Source: Micrococcales bacterium (GTDB lineage: Bacteria; Actinomycetota; Actinomycetes; Actinomycetales; Dermatophilaceae). From it: DNA of 64,000 bases. A program made the translations under genes and the position numbers. This document shows, in pieces, positions 35,619 to 49,126 of the stretch (positions are counted from its first letter, which is position 1; each line of letters opens with the position of its first letter). The notes under the pieces are model-generated. The model saw only the letters and a list, made by a program, of their open reading frames with translations. It had not been told where the DNA came from and made no database searches. The DNA is taken from positions 29,498 to 93,497 of the forward strand of contig JAJTBD010000007.1 in the NCBI GenBank assembly GCA_021287075.1, given 5' to 3'.

Positions 35619-35632
35619 CTAACATGGATGTT
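35619..35632 (+). promoter_or_regulatory. Candidate SufR operator TAAC-N6-GTTG
   Basis: The inverted repeat AACAT-GG-ATGTT lies in the AT-rich spacer just before sufR. It resembles the CAAC-N6-GTTG site that I recall being reported for Streptomyces SufR (from memory, unverified). Confidence 0.3.
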
Positions 35633-35638
35633 GTGTTT

Positions 35639-36367
35639 ATGGCCGAGCCCGAGGAGCGTGCCGCGGAGGTGACCGCCGAGTCGCCCACCCGTGAGCGCAT
35701 CGTGCGTGCGATCACCGAGCGCGGCCCGATCACCGCGGCGACCCTCGCCAAGGACCTCGGCCTGACCGCCGCGGCCGTGCGCCGCCATCTCGACAACCTC
35801 CACGACAGCGGTGCGATCGAGCCCCACGAGGCGCCCGCCGGCCACCGCGGCCGCGGTCGCCCCGCCCGGGCCTATGTCGTCAGCGAGACCGGCCACTCCG
35901 CGCTCGCCTCCGACTATGACCGCCTCGCCAGCGCGGCCCTGCGCTTCCTCGCCGAGTCCGCCGGCCCCGACGCGGTCGAGCGGTTCGCCGCCTCGCGGAT
36001 CGCCGCCATGGAGCAGCGGTATGCCGCGGACCTCGCCGAGGCGGGCACCGACCCGCAGGCGCGTGCCGAGGCCCTCGTCGCGGCCCTGACCCGCGACGGC
36101 TACGCTGCCTCGGCGCGCCCGGTGGGCGACCCGGCGCGCCCGACCCCGCTCACCGGCATACAGCTGTGCCAGGGACACTGCCCGGTCCAGCACGTGGCCG
36201 CGGAGTTCCCGCAGTTCTGCGAGGCCGAGACCGAGGCGTTCTCGCGCCTGCTCGGCGTCCACGTCCAGCGGCTGGCCACGCTCGCCCACGGGGACCACGT
36301 CTGCACGACATTCGTCCCCACCACCGACCTGCTCACGACCCCCACCAAGGAAAGGTCCCCACGATGA
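35639..36367 (+). CDS. sufR: Iron-sulfur cluster biosynthesis transcriptional regulator SufR
   Basis: Winged-helix region [35 protein letters not shown] and C-terminal Cys ligands (CQGHCP ... C). Alternative starts are at 35624 and 35594. The stop overlaps the sufB ATG. Confidence 0.82.
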   Translation: MAEPEERAAEVTAESPTRERIVRAITERGPITAATLAKDLGLTAAAVRRHLDNLHDSGAIEPHEAPAGHRGRGRPARAYVVSETGHSALASDYDRLASAALRFLAESAGPDAVERFAASRIAAMEQRYAADLAEAGTDPQARAEALVAALTRDGYAASARPVGDPARPTPLTGIQLCQGHCPVQHVAAEFPQFCEAETEAFSRLLGVHVQRLATLAHGDHVCTTFVPTTDLLTTPTKERSPR

Positions 36368-37785
36368 CCACCAACATCGAAGAGCTGAATCCAGGGCTGA
36401 AGGACCTCGGCCGCTATGAGTACGGCTGGCACGACGCCGACAACGCCGGTGCCTCCGCCCGTCGCGGCCTCAACGAGGACGTGGTCAAGGACATCTCGGG
36501 CCGCAAGAGCGAGCCGCAGTGGATGACCGACCTGCGGCTGAAGTCGCTCAAGCTGTTCGACAAGAAGCCCATGCCGAGCTGGGGCAGCGACCTCACCGGC
36601 ATCGACTTCCAGAACATCAAGTACTTCGTGAAGTCCACCGAGAAGCAGGCCACGTCGTGGGAGGACCTGCCCGAGGACATCAAGAACACCTACGACAAGC
36701 TCGGCATCCCCGAGGCGGAGAAGCAGCGCCTCGTCGCCGGCGTCGCGGCCCAGTACGAGTCGGAGGTCGTCTACCACCAGATCCGCGAGGACCTGGAGGA
36801 GAAGGGCGTCATCTTCGTCGACACCGACACCGGCCTGCGTGAGCACGAGGACCTCTTCCGCGAGTACTTCGCGACCGTGATCCCCGCCGGCGACAACAAG
36901 TTCGCCTCGCTCAACACCGCCGTCTGGTCGGGCGGCTCGTTCATCTATGTCCCGCCGGGCGTCCACGTCGACATCCCGCTCCAGGCCTACTTCCGGATCA
37001 ACACCGAGAACATGGGCCAGTTCGAGCGGACGCTGATCATTGCCGACGAGGGCTCCTATGTGCACTACGTCGAGGGCTGCACCGCGCCGATCTACAAGTC
37101 CGACTCGCTGCACTCCGCGGTCGTCGAGATCGTCGTGAAGAAGAACGCCCGCGTGCGCTACACGACCATCCAGAACTGGTCCAACAACGTCTACAACCTC
37201 GTCACCAAGCGCGCGACCTGCGAGGCCGGCGCGACGATGGAGTGGATCGACGGCAACATCGGCTCCAAGGTGACGATGAAGTACCCGGCCGTCTTCCTCA
37301 TGGGCGAGCACGCCAAGGGCGAGACCCTCTCGATCGCGTTCGCCGGCGAGGGCCAGCACCAGGACGCGGGCTCCAAGATGGTCCACGCCGCCCCCAACAC
37401 CTCCAGCTCGATCGTGTCCAAGTCGGTGGCGCGCGGTGGTGGCCGCACGTCCTACCGCGGGCTCGTCCAGATCCACGAGGGCGCCCACGGCTCCAAGTCC
37501 TCGGTCGTCTGTGACGCCCTGCTGGTCGACACGATCAGCCGCTCCGACACCTACCCCTATGTCGACGTCCGCGAGGACGACGTGCAGATGGGCCACGAGG
37601 CGACCGTCTCCAAGGTGTCCGAGGACCAGATGTTCTACCTCATGTCCCGAGGCCTGTCCGAGGAGGAGGCGATGGCGATGATCGTGCGCGGCTTCGTCGA
37701 GCCCATCGCCAAGGAGCTCCCGATGGAGTACGCCCTCGAGCTCAACCGCCTCATCGAGCTGCAGATGGAAGGAGCAGTCGGCTGA
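36364..37785 (+). CDS. sufB: Fe-S cluster assembly protein SufB
   Basis: [24 protein letters not shown]... with high-identity SufB signature regions throughout. I saw no intein. Confidence 0.95.
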   Translation: MTTNIEELNPGLKDLGRYEYGWHDADNAGASARRGLNEDVVKDISGRKSEPQWMTDLRLKSLKLFDKKPMPSWGSDLTGIDFQNIKYFVKSTEKQATSWEDLPEDIKNTYDKLGIPEAEKQRLVAGVAAQYESEVVYHQIREDLEEKGVIFVDTDTGLREHEDLFREYFATVIPAGDNKFASLNTAVWSGGSFIYVPPGVHVDIPLQAYFRINTENMGQFERTLIIADEGSYVHYVEGCTAPIYKSDSLHSAVVEIVVKKNARVRYTTIQNWSNNVYNLVTKRATCEAGATMEWIDGNIGSKVTMKYPAVFLMGEHAKGETLSIAFAGEGQHQDAGSKMVHAAPNTSSSIVSKSVARGGGRTSYRGLVQIHEGAHGSKSSVVCDALLVDTISRSDTYPYVDVREDDVQMGHEATVSKVSEDQMFYLMSRGLSEEEAMAMIVRGFVEPIAKELPMEYALELNRLIELQMEGAVG

Positions 37786-38966
37786 TGACGCTGACCGCAG
37801 ACACCCCCCGCGCCGGGCTCACCGGAGCCAAGGCGCACACCCACTCCGCGGAGACGATGGTCCCCGACGCCTCGCGCGCCGAGCGCAAGCGGTCGTATGC
37901 CGTGGAGGACTTCCCCCTGCCGCACGGCCGCGAGGAGGAGTGGCGCTTCACCCCGCTCGACCGCCTCGGCGCGCTGCTCGAGCCCGCCCCGACCGCAGCG
38001 TCGGGCGTGCGGCTCGACGTCGAGGCCCCGGCAGAGGTCACCCGTGACCGCCTCGCGGCTGAGGCGACCGGTGTGCTCGTCCCCGCCGACCGCGCTGCGG
38101 TCGTCGCGTGGGCTGGCGCCGACAGCGCCGAGCGCGTGCTCATCCCGGCCGAGGCCGAGGTCGCCACGCCGATCCGCATCACCCTCGGCGCCGACGGTGG
38201 CGCCCGGGTCAACAGCCACCTCGTCATCGAGGCCGGCGCGCACAGCCGCGCCACCGTGCTGCTCACCCACCAGGGCCACGCCGAGTGCGGCGAGAACGTC
38301 GAGATCCTCGCCGGCGACGGCGCGGAGCTGACGGTCGTCTCCCTCCAGGAGTGGGACGACGCCAGCCTCCACGCGGGCCAGCACGATGTGCTGGTCGGCC
38401 GCGACGCGACCGTGCGCCACATCGTGGTCACCCTCGGTGGCGGCGTCGTGCGACTCAACACCAACGCGCGGTATGCCGGCCCCGGCGGCAGTTTCGAGGG
38501 CCTCGGCGTCTACTTCAGCGACGCCGGCCAGCACCTCGAGCACCGGCTCTTCGTCGACCACGAGGCGCCGCACTGCTCCTCCAATGTCGAGTACAAGGGC
38601 GCCCTCCAGGGCGAGACGGCCCGCTCGGTGTGGGTCGGCGATGTCCTGATCCGCGCGGCGGCCGAGGGCACCGACACCTATGAGCTCAACCGCAACCTCG
38701 TGCTCACCGACGGCGCCCGCGCCGACTCGGTGCCCAACCTCGAGATCGAGACCGGCGAGATCGTCGGCGCCGGCCACGCCTCGGCGACCGGCCGCTTCGA
38801 CGACGAGCAGCTCTTCTATCTCCAGGCCCGCGGCATCCCCGAGGAGGAGGCCCGCCGCCTGGTCGTGCGCGGCTTCTTTGCCAGCATCATCCAGCGCATC
38901 GGCGTGCCCGAGGTGCAAGACCACCTGATGGCGGCCGTCGAGGCCGAGCTGGCGGGCCAGGCATGA
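37785..38966 (+). CDS. sufD: Fe-S cluster assembly protein SufD
   Basis: 393-aa ORF with the EEWRFTPL motif and a C-terminal SufBD beta-helix region (EQLFYLQARGIPEEEARRLVVRGF). Confidence 0.92.
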   Translation: MTLTADTPRAGLTGAKAHTHSAETMVPDASRAERKRSYAVEDFPLPHGREEEWRFTPLDRLGALLEPAPTAASGVRLDVEAPAEVTRDRLAAEATGVLVPADRAAVVAWAGADSAERVLIPAEAEVATPIRITLGADGGARVNSHLVIEAGAHSRATVLLTHQGHAECGENVEILAGDGAELTVVSLQEWDDASLHAGQHDVLVGRDATVRHIVVTLGGGVVRLNTNARYAGPGGSFEGLGVYFSDAGQHLEHRLFVDHEAPHCSSNVEYKGALQGETARSVWVGDVLIRAAAEGTDTYELNRNLVLTDGARADSVPNLEIETGEIVGAGHASATGRFDDEQLFYLQARGIPEEEARRLVVRGFFASIIQRIGVPEVQDHLMAAVEAELAGQA

Positions 38967-39304
38967 GCGAGACCCCCACTGCCGCAGGCGAGTTCGTCAG
39001 GGTCTGCACCCTCGACGACCTCGAGCTGGGCGTCCCTGCCCAGGCCGACGTCGACGGCACGCTGATCGCGCTCGTGCGCACCGCCGAGCGCGAGGTGCGC
39101 GCCGTCAACGACACCTGCACCCACGGCCAGGTCTCCCTCTCCGAGGGCGACGTCGAGGGCTGTGAGATCGAGTGCTGGCTCCACGGCTCGCGCTTCGACC
39201 TGGTCACCGGCGCCCCCTCGGGCCCGCCCGCGACCGTCCCCATCGCTGTCTATCCGGTGACCCTCGAGGGCGATGACGTCCTCGTCGCGGTCCCCGCCGG
39301 CTGA
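38963..39304 (+). CDS. Rieske-type non-heme iron oxygenase ferredoxin subunit embedded in the suf operon
   Basis: 113-aa ORF with Rieske boxes CTHGQ and CWLHGS. It overlaps the sufD stop. Confidence 0.85.
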   Translation: MSETPTAAGEFVRVCTLDDLELGVPAQADVDGTLIALVRTAEREVRAVNDTCTHGQVSLSEGDVEGCEIECWLHGSRFDLVTGAPSGPPATVPIAVYPVTLEGDDVLVAVPAG

Positions 39305-39329
39305 ACCCACACACTTGTCAGGAGCATCA

Positions 39330-41379
<2,050 letters not shown>

Positions 41380-41380
<1 letters not shown>

Positions 41381-41847
41381 TGGACCTCTACCAGGAGCTC
41401 ATCCTCGAGCACTCCAAGCGCCCCCACCGCATGGGCCTGCGGGAGCCCTTTGACGCCGAGGTCCACCACGTCAACCCCACGTGCGGTGACGAGGTCACCC
41501 TGCGGGTCGACGTCGAGGACGGCACTGTCAAGGACATCTCCTATGACGCGCTCGGCTGCTCGATCTCGGTCGCCTCGACGTCCGTGCTGGCGACCGAGGT
41601 GACGGGGGAGAGCGTCGAGGAGGCGCTCGAGGTCTTCAAGCACTACCGCGCCATGCTCATGTCCAAGGGCAAGGACCCCGGCGACGAGGAGCAGATCGGC
41701 GACGGCGTCGCGTTCTCCGGCGTCTCGCAATACCCGGCGCGCGTCAAGTGCGCCCTCCTCGGGTGGAGCGCGTTCACCGACGCCCTCGCCCAGGCCGGCG
41801 TCGACATCAGCACCATCTCGTCCGACGCCGCCGCGCCCACCGCGTGA
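41380..41847 (+). CDS. sufU: SUF system sulfur-transfer/scaffold protein SufU (NifU-like)
   Basis: MDLYQELILEHSKRPHR...NPTCGDEVTL...GCSISVAS...RVKCALL carries the conserved Cys ligands of SufU. The ATG overlaps the sufS stop by 1 nt. Confidence 0.9.
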
Positions 41848-41866
41848 TCGACCCCAAGGAGCCGAC

Positions 41867-42193
41867 ATGACCGACACGATCACCCCCACCAACGCCGCCG
41901 ACGTCGAGGAGGCCATGCGCGATGTCGTCGACCCCGAGCTCGGCATCAACGTCGTCGACCTCGGCCTCGTCTACGGCATCACCGTCGACCCCCAGAACCA
42001 CGCCGTCATCGACATGACGCTCACGTCGGCGGCCTGCCCGCTGACCGATGTCATCGAGGACCAGACGGCGCAGTCCCTCGAGGGCGTCGTCGCCAGCCAC
42101 CGGATCAACTGGGTCTGGATGCCGCCGTGGGGCCCCGACAAGATCACCGACGACGGGCGCGAGCAGCTGCGCGCGCTCGGCTTCAACCTCTGA
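41867..42193 (+). CDS. sufT: DUF59 metal-sulfur cluster assembly factor SufT
   Basis: 108-aa ORF with VVDPELGINVVDLGLVY...TLTSAACP, typical of DUF59. Confidence 0.85.
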   Translation: MTDTITPTNAADVEEAMRDVVDPELGINVVDLGLVYGITVDPQNHAVIDMTLTSAACPLTDVIEDQTAQSLEGVVASHRINWVWMPPWGPDKITDDGREQLRALGFNL

Positions 42194-42197
42194 CGCC

Positions 42198-42962
42198 GTG
42201 AGCCCCACCCGCCGCATCGAGATCGCCCCCGAGCGGCTCGAGCGGTGGCTGGCGGGCTTCGGGGAGCGTCACGACGGGGTCGTCCTCACTCAGGACGGCC
42301 CCGTCACCCTTGCCCGCGGCGGCGACGGCTCCGTGGCCGTGTGCGAGCGGTTCGAGCCCGACCCCCTCGCGCTCGTCCTGCTCCGCAGGGGCGGGTATGC
42401 CGTGGGGCTGGCCTCCGAGGGCCGCCTCCTGGCGCACAAGTGCGGGACCCGCTATGTGCAGTCGCGGACCGCGGCCGGGGGCTGGTCGCAGCAGCGCTAT
42501 GCCCGTCGGCGCGGCAACCAGGCCGACGAGCTGGTGGGCGCGGTGGCCGACCACGCCGCACGGGTGCTGGGGGAGGCGCGGGGCGCACACGGCATACCGG
42601 CTGGTCTGGTGCTGGGAGGCGACCGCGCGCTGGCGGCGCAGGTGCTGGAGGACCCGCGCCTGGCCGACCTCGCCACCCTGCCACGTCGCACCCTCTATGA
42701 CCTGCCCGACCCGGGCCTGAAGGTGCTCCAGCAGGCCGCCCAACGCGCCCGCGCGATCCGCATCGAGCTCACCGAGACCGGAGTGGGCGCGCGACCTCGG
42801 CGGGCGAGGCCACGTCCGACCAGCGGCCGAGCAAGCCCGTCAGACAGACAGAGCCGGCCGGTGCCCCTGATGGGGCGCCGGCCGGCTCGTGTGTCGGGGG
42901 AGGATCACTCCACGCGGTCGACCGCGAAGGTGTCGCAGGAGTTGAGGTTGCCGCTCTTGTAG
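42198..42962 (+). CDS. acVLRF1-family (Vms1/Ankzf1-like release-factor fold) putative peptidyl-tRNA hydrolase
   Basis: A GTG at 42198, 4 nt after sufT. It contains the RTAAGGWSQQRYARRRGNQ loop, which I recall as the conserved Gln loop of this family. The last ~60 codons are an Arg/Pro/Ser-rich tail that reads through a strong hairpin and into the convergent peptidase gene. Confidence 0.55.
   Translation: MSPTRRIEIAPERLERWLAGFGERHDGVVLTQDGPVTLARGGDGSVAVCERFEPDPLALVLLRRGGYAVGLASEGRLLAHKCGTRYVQSRTAAGGWSQQRYARRRGNQADELVGAVADHAARVLGEARGAHGIPAGLVLGGDRALAAQVLEDPRLADLATLPRRTLYDLPDPGLKVLQQAAQRARAIRIELTETGVGARPRRARPRPTSGRASPSDRQSRPVPLMGRRPARVSGEDHSTRSTAKVSQELRLPLL
42851..42888. terminator. Strong GC hairpin, terminator candidate downstream of the zinc peptidase gene
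   Basis: GAGCCGGCCGGTGCCCC-tgat-GGGGCGCCGGCCGGCTC forms a 17-bp stem with one G-U pair and a tetraloop. It lies 17 nt beyond the peptidase stop at 42905. Confidence 0.7.
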
Positions 42963-43816
42963 CCGGTGAGGAACCAGCGCTGGCGGGCCTCGGAGGAGCC
43001 GTGCGTCCAGTTCTCGGGGGTGACCCGGCCCTGGGCCTTGCTCTGGATGTTGTCGTCACCGACGGCGGCCGCAGCGGACAGGGCCGACTTGATGTCGTCC
43101 TCGGTGAGCGGCTTCATCAGCGCGTTGCCCTGGTCGTCCTTGGTGTTGACGGCGTTCTTGGCCCAGACACCGCCCAGGCAGTCGGCCATCAGCTCGGTGC
43201 GCACGGCGCCGGACTGGGCGCCGGCGGGGTCCTGCTGGGCGCGGCCGAGCAGGCCGAGGATGTTCTGGAGGTGGTGGCCGTACTCGTGCGCCACGACATA
43301 CTCCTGGGCGAGCGCACCGTCGTCGGCGCCGAAGCGCGTGGTCAGTTGCTTGAAGAACGAGGCGTCGATGTAGACCTTGCCGTCGACGGGGCAGTAGAAC
43401 GGCCCGACCTGGTTGGAGGCGGTGCCGCACGCCGACTGGGTCGCGCCGCTGTAGAGCACGGTGTTGGCCGGGACGTACTCCTTGCCATAGCGCGGCAGCT
43501 CCTTGGACCAGTAGTCCTGGACCGAGTTGACCGTGAGGATCACGCGGCACTCGTCGGACTTGTTGGCGTCGGCGCCGGTCTTGCAGGCGTCGAATGCCGC
43601 GCCGTTCTGGGTGCCGCCGGGCTGGACCTGCCCCTGGTTGGCGCCGCCGGTCGGGTCCTGGGGCAGCTGGCCGGGGTCGATGCCGAGGAACATCATGATC
43701 AGCATGACGATGAGGCCGAAGATGCCTCCACCGACGACCATGCCACCGGGGCCGCCGCCGCTGCCGCCGGACTCCACCTGCGAGGTGTCGATCCGGGCGT
43801 TGTCGTTAAAACTCAT
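42905..43816 (-). CDS. ypfJ: YpfJ-family neutral zinc metallopeptidase, membrane-anchored
   Basis: The ATG at 43816 gives MSFNDNARIDTSQVE, a Gly-rich linker, one transmembrane helix, and the HEYGHH zinc motif. Confidence 0.85.
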   Translation of the reverse strand: MSFNDNARIDTSQVESGGSGGGPGGMVVGGGIFGLIVMLIMMFLGIDPGQLPQDPTGGANQGQVQPGGTQNGAAFDACKTGADANKSDECRVILTVNSVQDYWSKELPRYGKEYVPANTVLYSGATQSACGTASNQVGPFYCPVDGKVYIDASFFKQLTTRFGADDGALAQEYVVAHEYGHHLQNILGLLGRAQQDPAGAQSGAVRTELMADCLGGVWAKNAVNTKDDQGNALMKPLTEDDIKSALSAAAAVGDDNIQSKAQGRVTPENWTHGSSEARQRWFLTGYKSGNLNSCDTFAVDRVE

Positions 43817-43991
43817 CTTCTCTGGCCTCCGGCCGGGTCGAGGGCCTGCGCCCACGTGCGAACATCGCGCCTAGACTAACTGTCCTGCCCCCGTGTTTCC
43901 TTCCCGCGGGGCCCCGTATGGCGCGTCCCGTGACCGCACGGTGATGTTTGCCGTGACGTGGGCGGGCGCACCCAGACCGCAAGGACCCCCT

Positions 43992-45590
<1,599 letters not shown>

Positions 45591-45594
45591 TCTG

Positions 45595-45620
45595 CAGCCG
45601 GGCTCACATGCCCCCGGCTG
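45595..45620 (+). terminator. Small hairpin just after the ABC-F stop
   Basis: CAGCCGGG-ctcacatgcc-CCCGGCTG, exact 8-bp arms. Confidence 0.4.
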
Positions 45621-45644
45621 ATCCCGCTGTCGTCGCCGATGCCT

Positions 45645-45730
45645 GCACAACGACGACCACGGTTGGGACATGGCGCTGGGTGGTGAGCACGGGGAATGCG
45701 TGCGGCGGCCGACCGTGGTCGTCACTGTGC
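45645..45730. repeat. Hairpin repeat element, copy 1 (19-bp inverted arms, 48-nt loop)
   Basis: The left arm GCACAACGACGACCACGGT (45645-45663) is identical to 49128-49146. The right arm ACCGTGGTCGTCACTGTGC (45712-45730) has 2 mismatches. A CCCAGACGC tag follows in both copies. Confidence 0.7.
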
Positions 45731-45744
45731 AGGCCCCCAGACGC

Positions 45745-45779
45745 AGGTATGCCGCGGGGGCCAGCCCCGCGGCATACCT
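45745..45779. terminator. Perfect 15-bp-arm hairpin made of an inverted GTATGCCGCG pair
   Basis: AGGTATGCCGCGGGG-gccag-CCCCGCGGCATACCT, located 17 nt beyond the stop of the TrpB-like gene (45796). Confidence 0.7.
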
Positions 45780-45795
45780 CGAGTTGGTTTGTGGC

Positions 45796-47184
45796 TCAGG
45801 CCTGCTGGGCCGCCTGGGGGAGCTTGGCGAGCGACTCGGAGACCGACTCGCGCAGCTCCTCGTCGTCCCAGGTGTGGTCGGTCAGCTGGCCCTCGAGATA
45901 GGCCTGATAGGCCGGCAGGTCGAGATGGCCGTGGCCGGAGAGGGCGATGACGATGACCTTCTCCTCGCCGGACTCGGCGCAGCGGGCGGCCTCGGCCAGC
46001 GCCTCGGCGATCGCGTGGGTCGACTCCGGGGCCGGCACGATCCCCTCGGCACGGGCGAACTCGACGCCCGCGGCGAAGCACTCCTGCTGGGTCTTGGCGA
46101 CGGCCTCGATCAGGCCCTCGTGGTAGACGTGCGAGATGAGCGGGCTCATGCCGTGATAGCGCAGGCCGCCGGCGTGGATCGGGTCGGGCATGAAGTCGTG
46201 GCCGAGGGTGTGCATCTTCATCATCGGCGTGAAGCCGGCGACGTCGCCGAAGTCATAGGCGAAGGTGCCCTGGGTGAGCGACGGGCACGATGCGGGCTCG
46301 GCGGCTCGCAGGACCGGGCCCTCCTTGCCGGCGAGCCTCTCGCGCAGGAAGGGGAAGGCCATGCCACCGAAGTTGGAGCCGCCGCCCGTGCACCCGATGA
46401 CGATGTCGGCGCTCTCGCCGGCCTTCGCGAGCTGGAGGATCGTCTCCTCGCCGATGATCGTCTGGTGCAGGAGCACGTGGTTGAGGACCGACCCGAGCGC
46501 ATAGTGCACGTCGTCGTGGGCCATCGCCTCCTCGACGGCCTCGGCGATCGCGATGCCGAGGGAGCCGGTCGAGTCCGGGTGCTCGGCGAGGATCTTGCGC
46601 CCCGACTCGGTCAGGTCGGACGGGCTCGGGTGGATCGTGCCGCCGAGGGTCTCGATCATCATCCGGCGATAGGGCTTGCCCTCATAGGACCCCTTGACCT
46701 GCCAGATCTCGCACTCCATGTCGAACTGCGCGCACGCGAAGGCGAGCGAGGTGCCCCACTGGCCCGCGCCGGTCTCGGTCGTGAGCTTCCGGATGCCGGC
46801 CTGCTTGTTGTAGAAGGCCTGCGGCACAGCGGAGTTGGGCTTGTGCGAGCCGGCGGGGGAGACGCCCTCGTACTTGTAGTAGATCCGGGCGGGGGTGCCG
46901 AGGCGCTCCTCGAGCCGGAAGGCGCGATAGAGCGGCGAGGGGCGCCACATGCGATAGACGTCGAGGACCTCCTCGGGGATGTCGATGAAGCGCTCGGGCG
47001 AGAGCTCCTGCTCGATCAGCGCCATCGGGAAGAGGCCCGTCAGGTCGTCCGGCGTGACCGGCTCGCCGGTCGCGGGGTGCAGATAGGGCGCGGGCGGCGT
47101 CGGCAGGTCGGCGAGGATGTTGTACCAGCGCGTGGGCATCTCCGACTCGTCGAGAAGGATCTTGCGCTGTCGGGCGTCGCTCAC
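45796..47184 (-). CDS. TrpB-like pyridoxal-phosphate-dependent enzyme (TrpB2-type tryptophan synthase beta paralogue)
   Basis: The GTG at 47184 follows CAGGAG. It carries [12 protein letters not shown], the [11 protein letters not shown]-lysine region and [11 protein letters not shown]. No other trp genes are nearby. Confidence 0.88.
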   Translation of the reverse strand: MSDARQRKILLDESEMPTRWYNILADLPTPPAPYLHPATGEPVTPDDLTGLFPMALIEQELSPERFIDIPEEVLDVYRMWRPSPLYRAFRLEERLGTPARIYYKYEGVSPAGSHKPNSAVPQAFYNKQAGIRKLTTETGAGQWGTSLAFACAQFDMECEIWQVKGSYEGKPYRRMMIETLGGTIHPSPSDLTESGRKILAEHPDSTGSLGIAIAEAVEEAMAHDDVHYALGSVLNHVLLHQTIIGEETILQLAKAGESADIVIGCTGGGSNFGGMAFPFLRERLAGKEGPVLRAAEPASCPSLTQGTFAYDFGDVAGFTPMMKMHTLGHDFMPDPIHAGGLRYHGMSPLISHVYHEGLIEAVAKTQQECFAAGVEFARAEGIVPAPESTHAIAEALAEAARCAESGEEKVIVIALSGHGHLDLPAYQAYLEGQLTDHTWDDEELRESVSESLAKLPQAAQQA

Positions 47185-47266
47185 GGAGGGCTCCTGGGGA
47201 GGGCTGGGAGGGATGGCTTCGCGCTCATCGTAGAGTGCTCGGGCAACCCGCGAGAGGAGGTGTCCG

Positions 47267-49123
47267 ATGAGCATGCAGGGCTGGCAGCTGATGCGCTCGT
47301 TCACCAAGGACGGCTCGGTCCGCGACCGCAGGCTCGCCCCCGGCACCACCCGCCGCGTGATCGGGTATGCCGCGCGCTACCGCCGCACGATCGCCGTCCT
47401 CCTGCTCATCGTCGTCGTCAGCGCCCTCCTCGTCGTCGCCCAGCCCCTCCTGCTGCGCACCCTCATCGACGACGGCATCACCCCCCGCGACCGCGGCCTG
47501 GTCGTGCGGCTCTCGCTGCTGGTGGCGCTGCTCGCACTGCTCGATGCCGCCTCGTCGATCCTCCAGCGCTGGCTGTCGGCACGCATCGGGGAGGGGCTGA
47601 TCGCCGACCTGCGCACCGAGGTCTTCGGCCATGTGCTGCGCCAGCCGATCGCCTTCTTCACCCGCGCCCAGACTGGCGCCCTGGTCACCCGCCTCAACAG
47701 TGACGTGATCGGGGCGCAGCAGGCGTTCACCTCGGTGCTCACCTCGGTGGTGAGCAACGCGATCTCGCTGGCGCTCATCGTCGCCGCGATGGCGGCGCTG
47801 TCGTGGCAGCTGACCCTCGCCTCGCTGCTGCTGGTGCCCCTCTTCCTCGTCCCGGCCCGCTTCATGGGCCGCCGGCTGGCCGGGCTGACCCACGAGCAGA
47901 TGGGTCTCAACGCCGATCTGGGCAGCCGCATGACCGAGCGTTTCAATGTCGCCGGTGCCCTGCTGGTCAAGCTCTTCGGGTCGCCGGCGCGCGAGGACGA
48001 GGAGTATGCCGCGCGCGCCGACCGGGTGCGCCAGATCGGCGTCACCATCGCGATGAACCGGGCCTTCTTCTTCGTGGGCCTGACGCTGGTCGCCTCGCTC
48101 GCGACGGCCATGGTCTATGGCTTCGGCGGCATCATGGCCGTCGACGGGAGCCTGACCATCGGCACCCTGCTGGCCCTGACCGCGCTGCTGGCTCGGCTCT
48201 ATCAGCCGCTGACCGCGCTCTCCAATGTGCGCGTCGACGTCATGACGGCGCTGGTCTCCTTCGAGCGGGTCTTCGAGGTCCTCGACATCCGGCCGCTGGT
48301 CGCCGAGTCGCCCGAGGCACGGCCGGTGCCCGCCGGCCCGGCCCGGGTCGAGCTGGAGGACGTGCGCTTCCGCTATCCGTCTGCCGACGAGGTGTCGCTG
48401 GCCTCCCTCGAGGTGACCGCCTCGGGCGACCGCGGCGCCGGCGAGGACATCCTGCGCGGCATCACCCTCACGGCCGAGCCGGGCCAGCTGGTCGCGCTCG
48501 TCGGGCCGAGCGGTGCGGGCAAGACCACGATCACCTCGCTGGTGGCCAGGCTCTATGACCCGACGGCCGGCACGGTGCGGATCAACGGCCTCGACCTGCG
48601 CGACGCGACGCTCGCGTCGGTCGCCGAGACGGTGGGTGTCGTCACGCAGGAGGCCCACCTCTTCCACGACACGATCCGCGGCAACCTCGCCTATGCGCGG
48701 CCGGGGGCCACCGACGCCGACATGGAGCGGGTCCTGCGGGCCGCCCAGGTGTGGGAGCTGGTCGAACGGCTGCCGGAGGGGCTGGCCACCGTGGTCGGGG
48801 ACCGCGGCCACCGGCTGTCGGGCGGCGAGAAGCAGCGCCTGGCGATCGCGCGCCTGCTGCTCAAGGAGCCCTCTGTCGTCGTCCTCGACGAGGCCACGGC
48901 CCACCTCGACAGCGAGTCGGAGGCCGCCGTTCAGCGAGCGCTCGACGCGGCTCTTGCCGGTCGGACCTCACTGGTGATCGCCCACCGCCTCTCGACGGTG
49001 CGCCATGCCGACCAGATCCTCGTCATCGACCGCGGCCAGATCGTCGAGCGCGGCACCCACGCCGAGCTGCTCACCCAGGGCGGGCTCTATCGGGAGCTGC
49101 ACGACACCCAGTTCTCCGAGTAG
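47267..49123 (+). CDS. ABC transporter, fused permease/ATPase (MsbA-like exporter)
   Basis: 618-aa ORF with six N-terminal transmembrane helices, then [24 protein letters not shown] and [12 protein letters not shown]. Confidence 0.9.
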   Translation: MSMQGWQLMRSFTKDGSVRDRRLAPGTTRRVIGYAARYRRTIAVLLLIVVVSALLVVAQPLLLRTLIDDGITPRDRGLVVRLSLLVALLALLDAASSILQRWLSARIGEGLIADLRTEVFGHVLRQPIAFFTRAQTGALVTRLNSDVIGAQQAFTSVLTSVVSNAISLALIVAAMAALSWQLTLASLLLVPLFLVPARFMGRRLAGLTHEQMGLNADLGSRMTERFNVAGALLVKLFGSPAREDEEYAARADRVRQIGVTIAMNRAFFFVGLTLVASLATAMVYGFGGIMAVDGSLTIGTLLALTALLARLYQPLTALSNVRVDVMTALVSFERVFEVLDIRPLVAESPEARPVPAGPARVELEDVRFRYPSADEVSLASLEVTASGDRGAGEDILRGITLTAEPGQLVALVGPSGAGKTTITSLVARLYDPTAGTVRINGLDLRDATLASVAETVGVVTQEAHLFHDTIRGNLAYARPGATDADMERVLRAAQVWELVERLPEGLATVVGDRGHRLSGGEKQRLAIARLLLKEPSVVVLDEATAHLDSESEAAVQRALDAALAGRTSLVIAHRLSTVRHADQILVIDRGQIVERGTHAELLTQGGLYRELHDTQFSE

Positions 49124-49126
49124 GCC

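Noticed and set aside
43893-43991. Upstream leader peptide or N-terminal extension of the ABC-F gene
   Set aside because: The upstream codons are in frame with the main ORF, so they are not a separate uORF. They lack similarity to ABC-F N-termini, and TTG 43992 with an AAGGA ribosome-binding site gives the canonical start.
45670-47703. 677-aa plus-strand ORF overlapping the TrpB-like gene and the start of the ABC exporter
   Set aside because: It is antisense to a strongly conserved PLP enzyme. It also begins inside the repeat element. It is a shadow ORF.
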